From assembly GCF_018350175.1 (NCBI RefSeq), contig NC_058368.1, positions 199,084,001 through 199,148,000 of the forward strand: a DNA stretch of 64,000 bases. The letters are read 5' to 3'. The notes beneath the pieces were generated by a model. It ran no database searches and was not told the DNA's origin. It was given only the letters and a program-made list of their open reading frames with translations. Positions within the stretch are counted from its first letter, which is position 1. Every line of letters starts with the position of its first letter. The DNA comes from Felis catus. Its lineage: Eukaryota. The translations under genes were made by a program, and so were the position numbers. This document shows, one piece after another, positions 51,330-64,000 of this stretch.

Positions 51330-52299
51330 ATTTTGACTATGACGATTGCAAAGTACTGGTTTTCCAACTTTAGCATTCTCACCAAATATATCACTTAGCA
51401 CTTGGCATTCTACTATAAACAAGAGCTCTTTGTTCTCTCTTATTTATCTGTATTTATTATCACTATGGATTCATGAGTTGCTATGCTTTTCCCTAATGAT
51501 TTATACTTCATTATAATTACTTAGTAATTTTTCAGCTCAATTTGTCAAGATTTGACCAGAGTCCCTGCAAGCTGAATTCTTCATTGTTGTGTATCATTTT
51601 TGTTGGAATGTTTTCTTACTTTCTGCTATACTAAGATGCTTTAGACTCATCTTGTTACTTATCCTGCCAGATTGCAAGACTTTTTTTTGTGTTTTTTTTT
51701 TTGTTTGTTTTGCCCTAGTAGATTTCATTTAGAAATGTTATTACAGACCGGGGCCCCCGGGTGTCTCAGTCGGTTGAGCATCCGACTTCGGCTCAGCTCA
51801 TGATCTTGCATTTCGTGGGTTCAAGCCTCGCATCAGGCTCTGTGCTGACAGCTCAGAGCCTGGAGCCTGCTTTGGATTCTGTGTCTCCTCCTCTCTCTGC
51901 CCCTCCCCGGCTCATACTCTGTCTCTCTCTAACTCTTCCAAAAATAAATACACATTAAAAAAATTTAGAAATGTTATTACAGACCAAGTACTTGATGCTA
52001 AGTGTACTCTCAGATATGGAATATCTTGATTCTTGGGCAAAACTAGGAAATTTCTGTACAAATAAATATACAAATATATAAATACACACACATATTTTGG
52101 AAATCATGAGTTTACATTAATATCGCTGATTCTAATTCATCCCCACAAAGTTAGTTCTTGTGTTTCCTCATTCTAAATTTGTGTGTCCCTTTTTCCTCAG
52201 TGAAAACAATATATTTATTCATATGCTCAATCTTATGATACATCCAAATTTGCTTCAGAACTTCATTGCCCATACTACTACATAAAAACAAAAACTTAC

Positions 52300-52330
<31 letters not shown>

Positions 52331-53648
52331 GAAAGAGAGAGATTTAAGGATATACTTGCAATTCACCCCAACCATTCCACCCCATCCAAGTCTACAGGTA
52401 TATAATCAAATGCTGTGTTCAGAGTAACTTGGGTAAGTTCATTTTTTTTCTCCCCTCAGTGTGATTATGGTATTCATTTATCCACTGTAGATAAAGAGGG
52501 CGTTGTTTTCCAGTTTTGGTTCTTTTTACACTAAACAATATATATATATTTCCTTTATACTTGTTGCTTCAGTAAACAATATCTGCTAGAAATCACTCCA
52601 TATCCATTCATACAAATTTTCCTCACTCTTTTTAACAGCTGCATAATACGAAATTATGTGAATGTTCCATACTTCACTCATTCAGTTTCTTATATCTAGA
52701 TATTTATGTAGTTTCTAATGATTTTTATTACAATTGAAGCTGTGATTGGGATACCTGGGTAGCCAGGTTGGTTGAGCACACAACTCTTATATTCGACTCG
52801 GGTCATCATCTCATGATTGTGAGAATAAGCCCCTTGTTAGGCTCCACTCTGAGTGCGGAACCAGCTTAAGATTCTCTCTGCCTCTCCCATGGCCCCTCCC
52901 CCATTTTCACATGTGCATGTGCCCTCTCTCAAAAAACCTAATTAATAAAGTTGGGCATATGTATTTTTATATTTGTTGGAGTGTATCTTCAAGGTAAATT
53001 CACATAAATGTGATTACTGAGTCAAAGAACACAAACTTAGTTTGTTACTTGTTGCTGAATTCCTCCTCATTTCTCCTGTTATACCATTTAGCAATTTAGC
53101 ATTCACAGCAATGCAAGACTATCTAGTATTACAGAGCCTAATCAACAAAGTTGATGCCCATCCAGTGGATGAAAAATGGTATCACAAGATAATTTTCATT
53201 AACATTTTGCCTTGTTTGGATTAAAGTTAAATTTTTACATGTTTCGGGGCCATTTTTATGTGTCTGAATTCACTGTTTGTGACTTTTGCCCATTTCTCTA
53301 TGGGGCTTTTTGTCTTTTCCCCCGCCTTAATTTTTTTTAATATTTATTTATTTATTTTGAGAGACAGAGTGCATGTGTGCATGAGCGGGAAGGGGTGGGG
53401 GGTGGTGGTGGTCAGAGAGAGGGGGAAAGAAAGAATCCCAAGCAGGCTCCACACTGTCAGTGCAGAGACCAACATGGGCCTCAAACTTACAAACCATGAG
53501 ATCATGACCTGAGCTGAAATCAAGAGTCTGACACTTAACAGATTGCCACTCAGGTGCCCCATCCCCTTAATTCTTTACAAGTATATACAGGATTAGTCAT
53601 CTAAGTGTGATATATGTTGTAAAAATTTTTTCAGTTTATTTGCCTGTC
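51330..53648 (-). mobile_element. old L1 (L1MC/MD/ME-like) 3' region; resumes at 62357; contains SINEs at 51750-51962 (+), about 52748-52945 (+) and about 53330-53560 (-)
   Basis: degraded L1 3' UTR/ORF2 motifs; SINE at 51750 has TSD tttagaaatgttattacagacc. Confidence 0.7.
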
Positions 53649-56098
53649 TTTTTTTAAAATTAATTTTATTTATTAATTTTTTAATTTATATCCGAGGTAC
53701 TTATATATAGTACAATAATGATTTCAGGAGTAGATTTTGGTGATTCATCTCCTATACATAACACCCAGTGCTCATCCCAATAAGTGTCTTTGTTAATTCT
53801 CCTTACCCATTTAGCCCATCCCCCCACCCACAGGCCCTCCAGAAACCCTCAGTTTGTTCTCTGTGTTTAAGAGTCTCTTATATTTTGTCCCCCTCCTTGT
53901 TTTTATATTATTTTTGCTTCCCTTCTCTTGTGTTCATCTGTTTTGTATCTTAAATTCTACATATGAGTGAAGTCATGTGATATTTGTCTTTCTCTGACTG
54001 AATTATGCACTTAGCATAATACCCTCTACTTCCATCCACATAGTTGCAAACGGCAAGATTTCATTCTTTTTGCTTGCCAAGCAGTACTCTATTGTATACA
54101 TATACCACATCTTCTTTATCCATTCATCCATCGATGGACATTTGGGCTCTTTCCATACTTTGGCTATTGTCAATAGCGCTGCTATAAACATTGGGATGCA
54201 TGTGCCCCTTCAAAACAGCATACCTGTATCCCTTGGGTAAATACCTAGTAGTGCAATTGCTGGGTCATAGTGTAGTTCTATTTTTAACTTTTTGAGGAAC
54301 CTCCATACTATTTTCCAGAGTGGCTGCACCAGTTTGCATTCCCACCAGCAGAGCAAAAGAGATCCTCTTTCTCTGTATCCTCACCAACATCTGTTGTTTC
54401 CTGAGTTGTTAATTTTAGCCATTCTGACTGGTGGGAAGTGGTATCTCATTGTGGTTTTGATTTGTATTTCCCTGATGATGAGTGATGTTGAGCATTTTTT
54501 CATGTGTCTGTTAGCCATCTGGATGTCATCTTTAGAAAAGTGTCTATTGATGTCTTTTGCCCATTTCTTCATTGGGTTATTTGTTTTTTGGGTGTTGAGG
54601 TTGATACATTCTTTATAGATTTTGGATACTCACCCTTTATCTGATATATCATTTGCAAATATCCTCTCCCATTCCATCAGTTGCCTTTTAGTTTTGCTAA
54701 TTGTTCCCTTCGCTGCTTTTTATCTTGATGAGGTCCCAATAGTTCATTTTTGCTTTTGTTTCTCTTGCCTCCTGAGACATGTTGAGTAAGAAGTTGCTGC
54801 AGCTGCGGTCCAAGAGGTTTTTGCCTGCTTTCTTCTAGAGGATTTTGATGGCTTCCTGTCTTACATTTAGATCTTTTATCCATTTTGAGTTTATTTTTGT
54901 ATATGGAGTAAGAAAGTGGTCTAGTTGCATTCTTCTGCATGTTGCTGTCGAGTTTCCCCAACACCATTTGCTGAAGAGACTGTCTTTAATCTATTGTATT
55001 TTCTTTCCGGCTTTGTCAAAGATTAGTTGGCCGTATGTTTGTGGCTCCATTTCTGGGTTCTCTATTCTGTCCCATTGATGTAAGTGTCTGTTTTTTTGTC
55101 CCAGTACCATACTGTCTGCATGATTACAGCTTGTAATGCATCTTGAAGTCCAGGATTCTGATGCTTTGGTTTTCTTTTTAAATATTACTTTGGCTGTTCA
55201 GGGTCTTTTGTGGTTCCATACAAATTTTATGATTGTTTGTTCTAGCTCTGTGAAGAATGCTGGTGTTATTTTGATAGGGATTGTATTGAATATGTGGATT
55301 GATTTGAGTAGTATCAACATTTTCACAACATTTGTTCTTCCAATCCATGAACATGGAATATTTTTCCGTTTTTTGTGTGTGTCTTCTTCACTTTCTTTCA
55401 TAAGCTTTCTGTAGTTTTCAGTGTACAGATTTTTCAGCTCTTTGGTTAGGTTTATTCCTGGGTATTTTGTGGGTTTTGGTGCAATTGTAAATGGTATTGA
55501 TTCCTTGATTCTCATTCTGTTGCTTCATTACTGGTGTATAGGAATGCAACTGATTTCTGTGTATTGATTTTAAACCCTGCCACTTTGCTGAATTCATGGA
55601 TTAATTCTAGCAGTTTTTTAGTGGAATCTTTTGGTTTTTGCATATAGAGTATCATGTCATCTGTGAAGAGTGAAAGTTTGACCTCCTCTTAGCCAATTTG
55701 GATGCCTTTTGTTCCTTTGTGTTGTCTGATTGCTGATTCTAGGATTTCCAATACTATGTTGAATAACAGTGGTGACAGTGGACATCCCTGTCATTTTCCT
55801 GACCTTAGGGAGAAACTCTCAGTTTTTCCCCATTGAGAATGACATTAGCAGTGGGTCTTTCATATATGGCTTTTATGATCTTGAGGTATGATCCTTCTAT
55901 CTCTGCTTTCTTGAAGGTTTTTATCAAGAAAGGATGCTGTACTTTGTCAAATGCTTTCTTTACATCTATTGAGAGGATCTTGTGGTTCTTGTCCTTTCTT
56001 TTATTGATGTGATGTATCACACTGATTGTTTTGTGGATATTGAATCAGCCCTGTATCCCAGATATAAATCTCACTTGGCCATGATGAATAATTCTTTT

Positions 56099-56318
56099 TT
56101 TTTTTAATTTTTTTTCAACATTTATTTATTTTTGGGACAGAGAGAGACAGAGCATGAACCGGGGAGGAGCAGAGAGAGAGGGAGACACAGAATCGGAAAC
56201 AGGCTCCAGGCTCCGAGCCATCAGCCCAGAGCCCGACGCGGGGCTCGAACTCACGGACCACAAGATCGTGACCTGGCTGAAGTCGGACGCTTAACAGACT
56301 GCACCACCCAGGCGCCCC
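56099..56318 (-). mobile_element. young SINEC_Fc in L1 ORF2
   Basis: TSD gatgaataattctttt at 56083-56098 and 56319-56334. Confidence 0.96.
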
Positions 56319-58948
56319 GATGAATAATTCTTTTAATGTATTGTTAGATCTGGTTGGCTAGTATCTTGTTGAGGATTTTTGCATCCATGTTCATCAGGGA
56401 AATAGGCTCCTTTTTAGTGGGATCTTAGTCTGTTTTGCAATCAAGGTAATGCTAGCCTCATAGAATGATTTTGGAAGTTTTCCCATTTCCATTTTTTTGG
56501 AACAGTCTGAAAAGAATGTCTTCTTTAAATGTTTGGTAGAATTCCCCTGGAAAGTCATCCGGCCTGGACTCTTGTTTTTTGGGAGATGTTTGATTACTAA
56601 TTAGATTCCCTTACTGGTTATGGGTGTGTTCAAATTTTCTATTTCTTCTTGCTTCAGTTTTGGTAGTTTATATGTTTCTAGGAATTTGTCCATTTCTTCC
56701 AGGTTGCCCAATTTATTGGCATATAACTGCTGATAATATTCTCTTATTATTGTTTGTATTTCTGCAGTGTTGGTTGTGATCTCTCCTCTTTCATTCTTGA
56801 TTTTATTTATTTGGGTCCTTTTTCTTTTTGATCAAACTGGCTAGGGGTTTATCAATTTTGTTAAATCTTTTAAAGGACCAGCTCCTGGTTTCATCGATCT
56901 GTTCTATTTTTTTTTTTATTTTGATAGCATTAATTTGTGCTCTGATCTTTCTTATTTCCTGGTATTCTTCTGGTTTGGGGTTTTATTTGCTGGTCTTTTT
57001 CTAGTGCTTTAAGGTGCAAGGTTAGGTTGTATATCTGAGACCTTTCTTTCTTGTTTAGGAAGGCCTGCATTGCTATATACTTTCCTCTTATGACTGCCTT
57101 TGCTGCATCCCAGAGGTTTTGGGCTGCAATGTTATTTCCATTGGCTTCCATGTACTTTTTAATTTCCTCTTTAACTCCTTGGGTAGCCCATTCATTATTT
57201 AGTAGGATGTTCTTTAGTTTCCAAGTATTTGTTGTCTTTCCAAATTTTTTCTTGTGGTTGATTTTGAGTTTCATAGCGTTGTGGTCTGAAAATATGCATG
57301 GTATGATCTCGATCTTTCTGTACTTGAGGGCTGATTCATGTCCCAGTATGTGATCTATTCTGGAGAATGTTCCATGTGCACTTGAGAAGAATGTGTATTC
57401 TGCTTTAGGATGAAATGTTCTAATATATCTGTTAAGTCCCTGGTCCAGTGTGTCATTCAAAGCCATTGTTACCTTGTTGATTTTCTGTTTAGATGATCTG
57501 TCCATTGTTGTAAGTGGGGCGTTGAAGTCCCCTACTATTTTGGTATTATTATCAATAAGTTTCTTTATGTTTGTGATTAATTTTATATATTTGGATGACA
57601 CCATGTTGGTCGCATAAATGTTTACAATTTTTAGGTCTTCTTTGTGGATAGATCCCTTATTTATGATATAATGCCCTTTTTCATCTCTGTTACACTCTAT
57701 ATTTTAAAATCTAGATTGTCTGATAAGTATGGTTACTCTAGCTTTATTTTGTCAACCATTAGCATGATAGATGTTTCTCCATTCCCTTACTTTCAATCTG
57801 AAGGTGTCTTTAGGTTGCAAATAGGTCTCTTATAAACAATATATAGATGGATCTTGTTTTCTTATCCATTCTGTTATCATTTGTCTTTTGATTGGAGAGT
57901 TTAGTCCATTGACATTTAGAGTAAGTACTGAAAGATATGAATATATTGCCAATGTGTTGCCTGTAGACTTGGAGTTTCTGGTGCTGTTCTCTGGTACTTT
58001 CTAGTCTTTGTTGCTTTTGGTCTTTTTTGTTTTGTTTCATCTTTTCTCCCCTCAGAGAGTCCCTTTAAAATTTCTTGCAGGGCTGGTTTGGTGGTCACAA
58101 ACTCTGTTAGTTTTTGTTTATCTAGAAAACTTTTTATCTCGTCTTTTATTTTGAATGACAGCCTTGCTGGATAAAGATTTCTTGGCTGAATATGTTTCTA
58201 ATTCAGCACATTGAATATATCCTGCCACTCCTTTCTGGCCTGCCATGTTTCTGTGGATAGGTCTGCTGTGAACCTGATCAGTCTTCCCGTGTAGGTTAAA
58301 GACTTTTTTCCCTTGCTGCTTTCATGATTCTTTCCTTGTCTTTGTATTTTGTGAATTTGACTATTAAATGCCTTGTTGGTGGTCAGTTTTTGTTGAATCT
58401 AATGGGAGTTCATTGTGTTTCCTGGATTTTGATGTCTGCATCTTTCCCCAGGTTAGGAAAGTTTTCCACTATTATTTGCTCACATAAATTTTCTACCCCT
58501 TTTTCACCCTCTTCATCTTCTAGTACCCCTGTGATTCAGATGTTATTCCTTTTAATAAGTCACTGAGTTCTCTAATTCTCATCATGCTCTTTTGCTTTAT
58601 TTTCCCTCTTTTTTTCTGCTTCATTATTCTTCATAAATTTGTCCTCTATATCTCTGATTTGCTGCTCTGCTTCATCTATCCTTGCTGCCATGGGAATCAT
58701 TCAAGATTGCATCATAGTTACAACATTTTAAATTTCATCCTAACTGGATTTAATTCTTTTATCTCTGCAAAATGGGATTCTATGCTTTTTTTCAACCCCA
58801 GCTAGTATTTTTATTATTGTGATTATAAATTCTGTTCCAGATATCTTGATTGTATCTGTTTTGATTAAGACCCTGTCTTAATTTCTTCCTGTTGTTTCTT
58901 TTCCATTGAATTCCTTCATTTCATCCTTTTGGAGGAATAAAAGAATTA

Positions 58949-59172
58949 GGGGCGCCTGGGTGGCGCAGTCGGTTAAGCGTCCGACTTCAGCCAGGTCACG
59001 ATCTCGCGGTCCGTGAGTTCAAGCCCTGCGTCGGGCTCTGGGCTGATGGCTCGGAGCCTGGAGCCTGTTTCCGATTCTGTGTCTCCCTCTCTCTCTGCCC
59101 CTCCCCCGTTCATGCTCTGTCTCTCTCTGTCCCAAAAAAAGTAAATGTTGAAAAAAAAATTTAAAAATTTAA
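58949..59172 (+). mobile_element. young SINEC_Fc near the L1 5'UTR/ORF1 boundary
   Basis: CpG-rich body; TSD aaaagaatta at 58939-58948 and 59173-59182. Confidence 0.96.
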
Positions 59173-60461
59173 AAAAGAATTAATAAAATAGAATAAATAA
59201 ACAAAAACTGAAAACACACAAAAAAATCAAATAAAGGATGCTAGATCCTAGGTGTGTTTTGTTCTGGTTGTTGAAAAAAGCTTGATAGAATAGAGGGAAA
59301 AAAGGGAATGAAAAGAAAAGAAAAGGAAATAAAAAGGAAAATGTTTGAAAATTTAAAAAATGGATACAATAAAATAAAATGAAATGAAAGTAAAGTGGAA
59401 TGAGAAAATTTACCCAAAAATAGAAAAAATATAGTAGGAAAAACTTAAAGAAAAATCTTTTTCATAATAATGGAAAATAAAAATGAATATTTTTTCTATA
59501 TTCAAGAATAAGAAAACAAAACGGAATAGATGGAACAGTGAACAGAGTGAAATACAACTGAAATTGCTTCCAGTTTCCCCTAGACATCAAACTATGAACC
59601 ACATTATAGTCAGTAAACTGAGCAGGCAGAGAGACATGTCATGTTCCCCCTAGAGCATGCTTGGCACACTTGGATGAAGCTTGGTGTAATGGATCCATTC
59701 TGCACTAGATGGTGCTGATTAACTTATGGGAGTGGATCGTTGTGTCATGTGTACACGTGTATGCACATGTGCAGGAGGGGTGAAAATGGTGTCACCAAGC
59801 TACCCAGTCTCTAGTATCAGAAGTCTGTGCTCTCTCCCAGCTGCAACCAAGCATCCCTCCTTTGTCTCCAGCTTCCATCCACTCCCCACTTCCACACTGT
59901 CTGTGACCATTCCATCAGCCTGCTAGGTGGACCTCTCTCCAGAGTTTTATCTCAGATGGGGCTGTGTTTGCAAACCCCTCACTTCTGAGGGACCTGCATT
60001 TTGACCCACTGTGATCCCCTGGGGAAGGGCCTCACCAAGCAATGGCTGAGTGCCAGCCTACCCCCAGGAATGTTTGCATGACCATGCTGTTGCAGATGCC
60101 CAGAGACTGCAGCTGGTGCCAGGCAGCCCCTGAAAAATTTGGCAGGATTGTGTAGCAGCAGCATTTCAGAGATTATGGTAAATCATAACACACATCTAGC
60201 ACCAGACTTCACTGCCCTTTAACGTTTTTGTTCAAACACCAGCAAACATGGCTATTCTCTGGAGTCTGCTGGGACCGTTGCCTGTGGGGAGGCCACACAG
60301 CCTCTACCATATGCCCTGTTAGCAAGGGAGCTGCCTATCCTCTGCCCAAGACCCATTAGACCTTGCTGTCTTCTCCTGGGGATTCGCCCTTCCCACCAGA
60401 GCACCACTCGGTATCCAGCTTCGGAGTTTCAGATTCTGTACTCCCCTATTCATAGAGTCTT

Positions 60462-60859
60462 TTTGTTTGTTTGTTTTTATTTTTATTTTTTTAATTTTAT
60501 TTTTTTTTAATTTACATCCAAATTAGTTAGCATATAGTACAACAATGATTTCAGGAGTAGATTCCTTAGTGCCCCTTACCCATTTAGCCCATCCCCCCTC
60601 CCACACCCCCTGCAGTAACCCTCTGTTTGTTCTGCATCTTTAAGAGTCTCTTCTGTTTTGTCCACCTCCCTGTTTTTACATTATTTTTGTTTCCCTTCCC
60701 TTATGTTCATCTGTTTTGTCTCTTAAAGTCCTCATATGAGTGAAGTCATATGTTATTTGTCTTTCTCTAACTAATTTCACTTAGCATAATACCCTCCAGT
60801 TCCATCCACATAGTTGCAAATGGCAAGATTTCATTCTTTTTGATTGCCAAGTAATACTC

Positions 60860-60906
<47 letters not shown>

Positions 60907-61226
60907 CACACACACCACATCTTCTTTATCCATTCATCCATCGATGGACATTTGGGCCCTTTCCATACTTTGGCTATTGTTGATAGTGCTGTTATAAACT
61001 GGGGGTGCATGTGTCCCTTCGAAACAGCACACCTGTATCCCGTGGATAAATGCCTAGCAGTGCTGGGTCATAGGGTAGTTCTATATTTAGTTTTTTGAGG
61101 AACCTCCATACTATTTTCCAGAGTGGCTGCACTAGCTTGCGTTCCCACCAACAATGCAAAAGAGATCCTCTTTCTCTGCATCCTCGCCAACATCTGTTGT
61201 TGCCTGAGTTGTTAATGTTAGCCATT
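60462..61226 (-). mobile_element. 5'-truncated felid L1 inserted in the 5' UTR of the larger L1
   Basis: TSD ccct(a/g)ttcatagagtctt at 60444-60461 and 61227-61244; ORF2 C-terminus (ORF 60992-61225). Confidence 0.93.
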
Positions 61227-61571
61227 CCCTGTTCATAGAGTCTTAATGATATACAAACCCTCTCCTTTCTCCTTTGTTGTTCAGTCTCTTATGCGTGTTT
61301 CCCCCCTTTCTCTCCAGCTGCTTGCAGGGGACATGCTTTTCCTGTACTCTCCCCCTTGACTTTGTCCTCTCACCACAAGCAAAAGCAGCTCCCTACCCTC
61401 TGTGGCTTCTCTCTGCACCGTATACTTGCCAAGTTCTATAGTTCAAGTTATGCAGATTGTTGTATTAATTCTCAGATCAATTTTGTAGGTGTGCAAGATG
61501 GTTTGGTGTTAATGTTGCTTCATTTCAGGGACAAGAGTTGCAAAAAGCTTCCATGCTACTCCGCCATCTTG

Positions 61572-62356
61572 TATTGTATTAGCCCTGAAGTCAACTACAG
61601 TCCAAAAATAGGTTGACAAATAGCCAAATTATGGAAAGAGCCTAAATGTCCATCAACTGATGAATGGATAAAGAAATTGTGGTTTATATACACAATGGAG
61701 TACTACATGGCAATGAGAAAGAATGAAATATGGCCCTTTGTAGCAACATGGTTGGAACTGGAGAGTGTGATGCTAAGTGAAATAAGCCATACAGAGAAAG
61801 ACAGATACCATATGTTTTCACTCTTATGTGGATCCTGAGAAACTTAACAGAAACCCATGGGGGAGGGGAAGGAAAAAGAAAGAGGTTAGAGTGGGAGAGA
61901 GCCAAAGCATAAGAGACTCTTAAAAACTGAGAACAAACTGAGGGTTGATGGGGGGTGGGAGGGAGAGGAGGGTGGGTGATGGGTATTGAGGAGGGCACCT
62001 TTTGGGATGAGCACGGGGTGTTGTATGGAAACCAATTTGACAATAAATTTCATATATTGAAAAAAAACAAAAACCAAAAATAGGTTGACAAATTGTTTGA
62101 AGGTTAGTGTCAGTCACAATGCTGACATCATTCACTTCACTTCATCTCATCACATAAGCATTTTATCATAGTTGCTTCTGGCAAACTTGAATTTGCTGCT
62201 CCCTGGTCCCCTGGTTTTCCCAGGGTCCACTGAGAAGTTATTAGTGAAGTATCCCAGGATGCTGGCCTATTGGTAAGGCTGATAGGTTCTGACAGAGCAG
62301 CCAGGAGGGGATGAGATGGAATGCGCTGAGATGGAGGTGATGTAGAGTATAACACC
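61572..62356 (-). other. putative 5'-transduced sequence (~335 bp once the nested L1 is removed), partly MER44/Tigger7-like
   Basis: lies between the L1 5' end (61571) and the second TSD copy (62357-62373). Confidence 0.65.
61622..62073 (+). mobile_element. 5'-truncated young felid L1 (L1_Fc-type 3' end)
   Basis: TSD ccaaaaataggttgacaaat at 61602-61621 and 62074-62093; aataaa and A-tail. Confidence 0.95.
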
Positions 62357-63450
62357 CAATTTATTTGCCTTTCAACTTTGCTTATGACTTATAAGAGATT
62401 TCTATTTTTTATAGTCAAATTTATCAATTTTTTGTGTTGCTTCTAGGTTTTGAGTTCTAGTTAAAAAGCCTTAAATCATAGCCAAAAATTCTTTTTCTAC
62501 TAAAGCTATAGACAAATTCACCCATGTTTTCTTTTAGAATATACATATTTCCTTCCCTTCCCTGTCTCCCTTCCTTCCATTAAAACTCTGATCCATCTGA
62601 AGTTTATTCTTGTATATGGTATGAGGAATGAGGAATTTCATCATCTCCAGTTGTCCTGATAAAATTTACTAAGAAGATCATCTTTGCCCCAAATGATGTG
62701 AGATATCACCTTTATCCTACACCAAATTTCTATATGTAGTTGGTCTATGTCTGTATTTTTATCACATTGGCTTGTCCATTCATGCTCAGTACCAAATTGC
62801 TTTAATTATAAACATTGTACTATGTTTGAATATCTAAAAGGGGTAGACTTCATTCAGAGTTTTGTTTTGCTTTTCTTTTCAGTGTTTGCCTAGCTACTAC
62901 TTTTTATTTTTTTATTTTTTTTTCATACGAGCTTTGTGAAATTACCTAGATCCATACACAAACTTACTGAATTTTAACTGGGAAGACATTAAATGTATAA
63001 GTTAACTTGAGGAAAACTGACCTCTTCATGATTGTGAGATGTCCTGTCAAAGAACAAAGGGTATCTTCTCATTTGTTCAATTCTATTTTTGTCTTTCATG
63101 AATGTTTTATAATTTTCTTCATGGAAATCTTGGACAACTCTTTTTAATTTATTTTGAGAGAGAGAGAGCATGAGCAGGGGAGGAGCACACAGAGAGAGAG
63201 AGAGAGAGAAATAATCCCAAGCTGACAGCACAGAGCCCAATGTGGGCCTCAACCCCACAAACTATGACATCAGGACTTCAGCTGAAATCAGGATGCTTAA
63301 CTGACTGAGCCACCCAGGTGCCCCTTGGATAATTCTTATTAAATGTATCCCTAAGTACTTTATCTTTTATCTTCTTTATTGCTATTATAAATAGAGTTAT
63401 CTATTATAACTTATAGCTGGTTATTATTTGTGTATCTAAATTCTATTGAT
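62357..63450 (-). mobile_element. continuation of the old L1M ORF2 host; SINE at about 63142-63324
   Basis: atagtcaaatttatcaatt...VQDFHEENYKTFMKD; SINE TSD ttgga(c/t)aa(c/t)tctt. Confidence 0.75.
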
Positions 63451-63454
63451 TTTC

Positions 63455-64000
63455 TTATTGTGGTAAAAAACAAGTAACATAAAATTTGCCATCTTAACCA
63501 TTTTTATATGTCCAGCTTGGTAGTGTTAAATTATATTCACTTTGTTGTGAAACAAATCTCCAGAACTTTTCATCTTGCAGAATTAAAACTCTATACTCAT
63601 TAAATAATAATTCCCCACCCTGTGGTGACTGCTACTATAATTTGTCTCTATGGATTAGCCTACTCTGGACACTTTATGGAAGTACAATCATGTAGTATTT
63701 GCCCTTTTATGGAAAACTTATTTCACTTAGCATAATGTCTGCAAGGTTCATCCATGCTGTGGCATGTGGAAGACTTTCTTTCCTTTTGAAAGGTGAATAA
63801 CAGTCCATTGAATGTATACACCATGATTTATGAATTCATATGTGGATGTATATTTGGGTTTCCTCCACCTCATGGAATAGTGTGGCTATAAACGTGGATG
63901 TACAAACATCTCTTCAGGACCCTTCTTTCAATTCTTCTGGATGGATACCTAGAAGTGAGATTGCTGAATGATACGATAGCTCTATTTTTAATTTTTGAGG
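63455..64000 (-). mobile_element. old L1 (L1MA/MB-like) 3' end, running off the window
   Basis: attgtggtaaaaaacaagtaacataaaatttgccatcttaaccattttt...tttcacttagcataatgtc. Confidence 0.8.

Larger units (their letters stand above)
53649..61571 (-). mobile_element. near-full-length felid L1, ORF1/ORF2 disrupted
   Basis: poly(T) at 53649; ORF2 remnants (ORFs 55198-55515, 55805-56020; EN domain ORF 56930-57604 IVGDFNAPL..FSRIDHILG..SDHN); ORF1 end TTKPALQEILKG; 5' end ccgccatcttg at 61561-61571. Confidence 0.92.

Noticed and set aside
60462..62073. Twin-priming inversion joining the two opposite L1 3' fragments
   Set aside because: Each has its own TSD and tail and a different 3' UTR type, so they are independent insertions.

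Overview
Mammalian genomic DNA, almost certainly from a felid (cat family), as shown by many SINEC_Fc-type tRNA-Lys-derived CanSINEs and felid L1 3' UTRs. Most of the window is transposable-element derived: two near-full-length, dead, minus-strand L1s (about 2652-12263 and 53649-61571) with nested younger insertions, many 5'-truncated L1s, more than 20 CanSINEs, MIR/L2, MaLR/ERVL solo LTRs, a Charlie1-like hAT relic, a MADE2-like MITE and two oppositely oriented Tigger/pogo derivatives. I cannot support any intact host protein-coding gene: the long ORFs are L1 ORF1/ORF2, Tigger transposase remnants or SINE/microsatellite read-throughs. I found no new multi-gene system. The best observations are mechanistic scars: (1) a probable ~335-bp 5' transduction, possibly spliced, inside the TSD of the second L1; (2) an inverted ~94%-identical local copy of an L1 5' end; (3) a snap-back/iterative-synthesis repair scar at 14624-14756; (4) an inverted Tigger pair, one inserted in a carnivore L1; (5) four-level TE nesting with readable TSDs; (6) a strong minus-strand L1 bias suggesting an intron of a plus-strand transcript. 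Repeat family names come from recall of consensus sequences, not from a database search.
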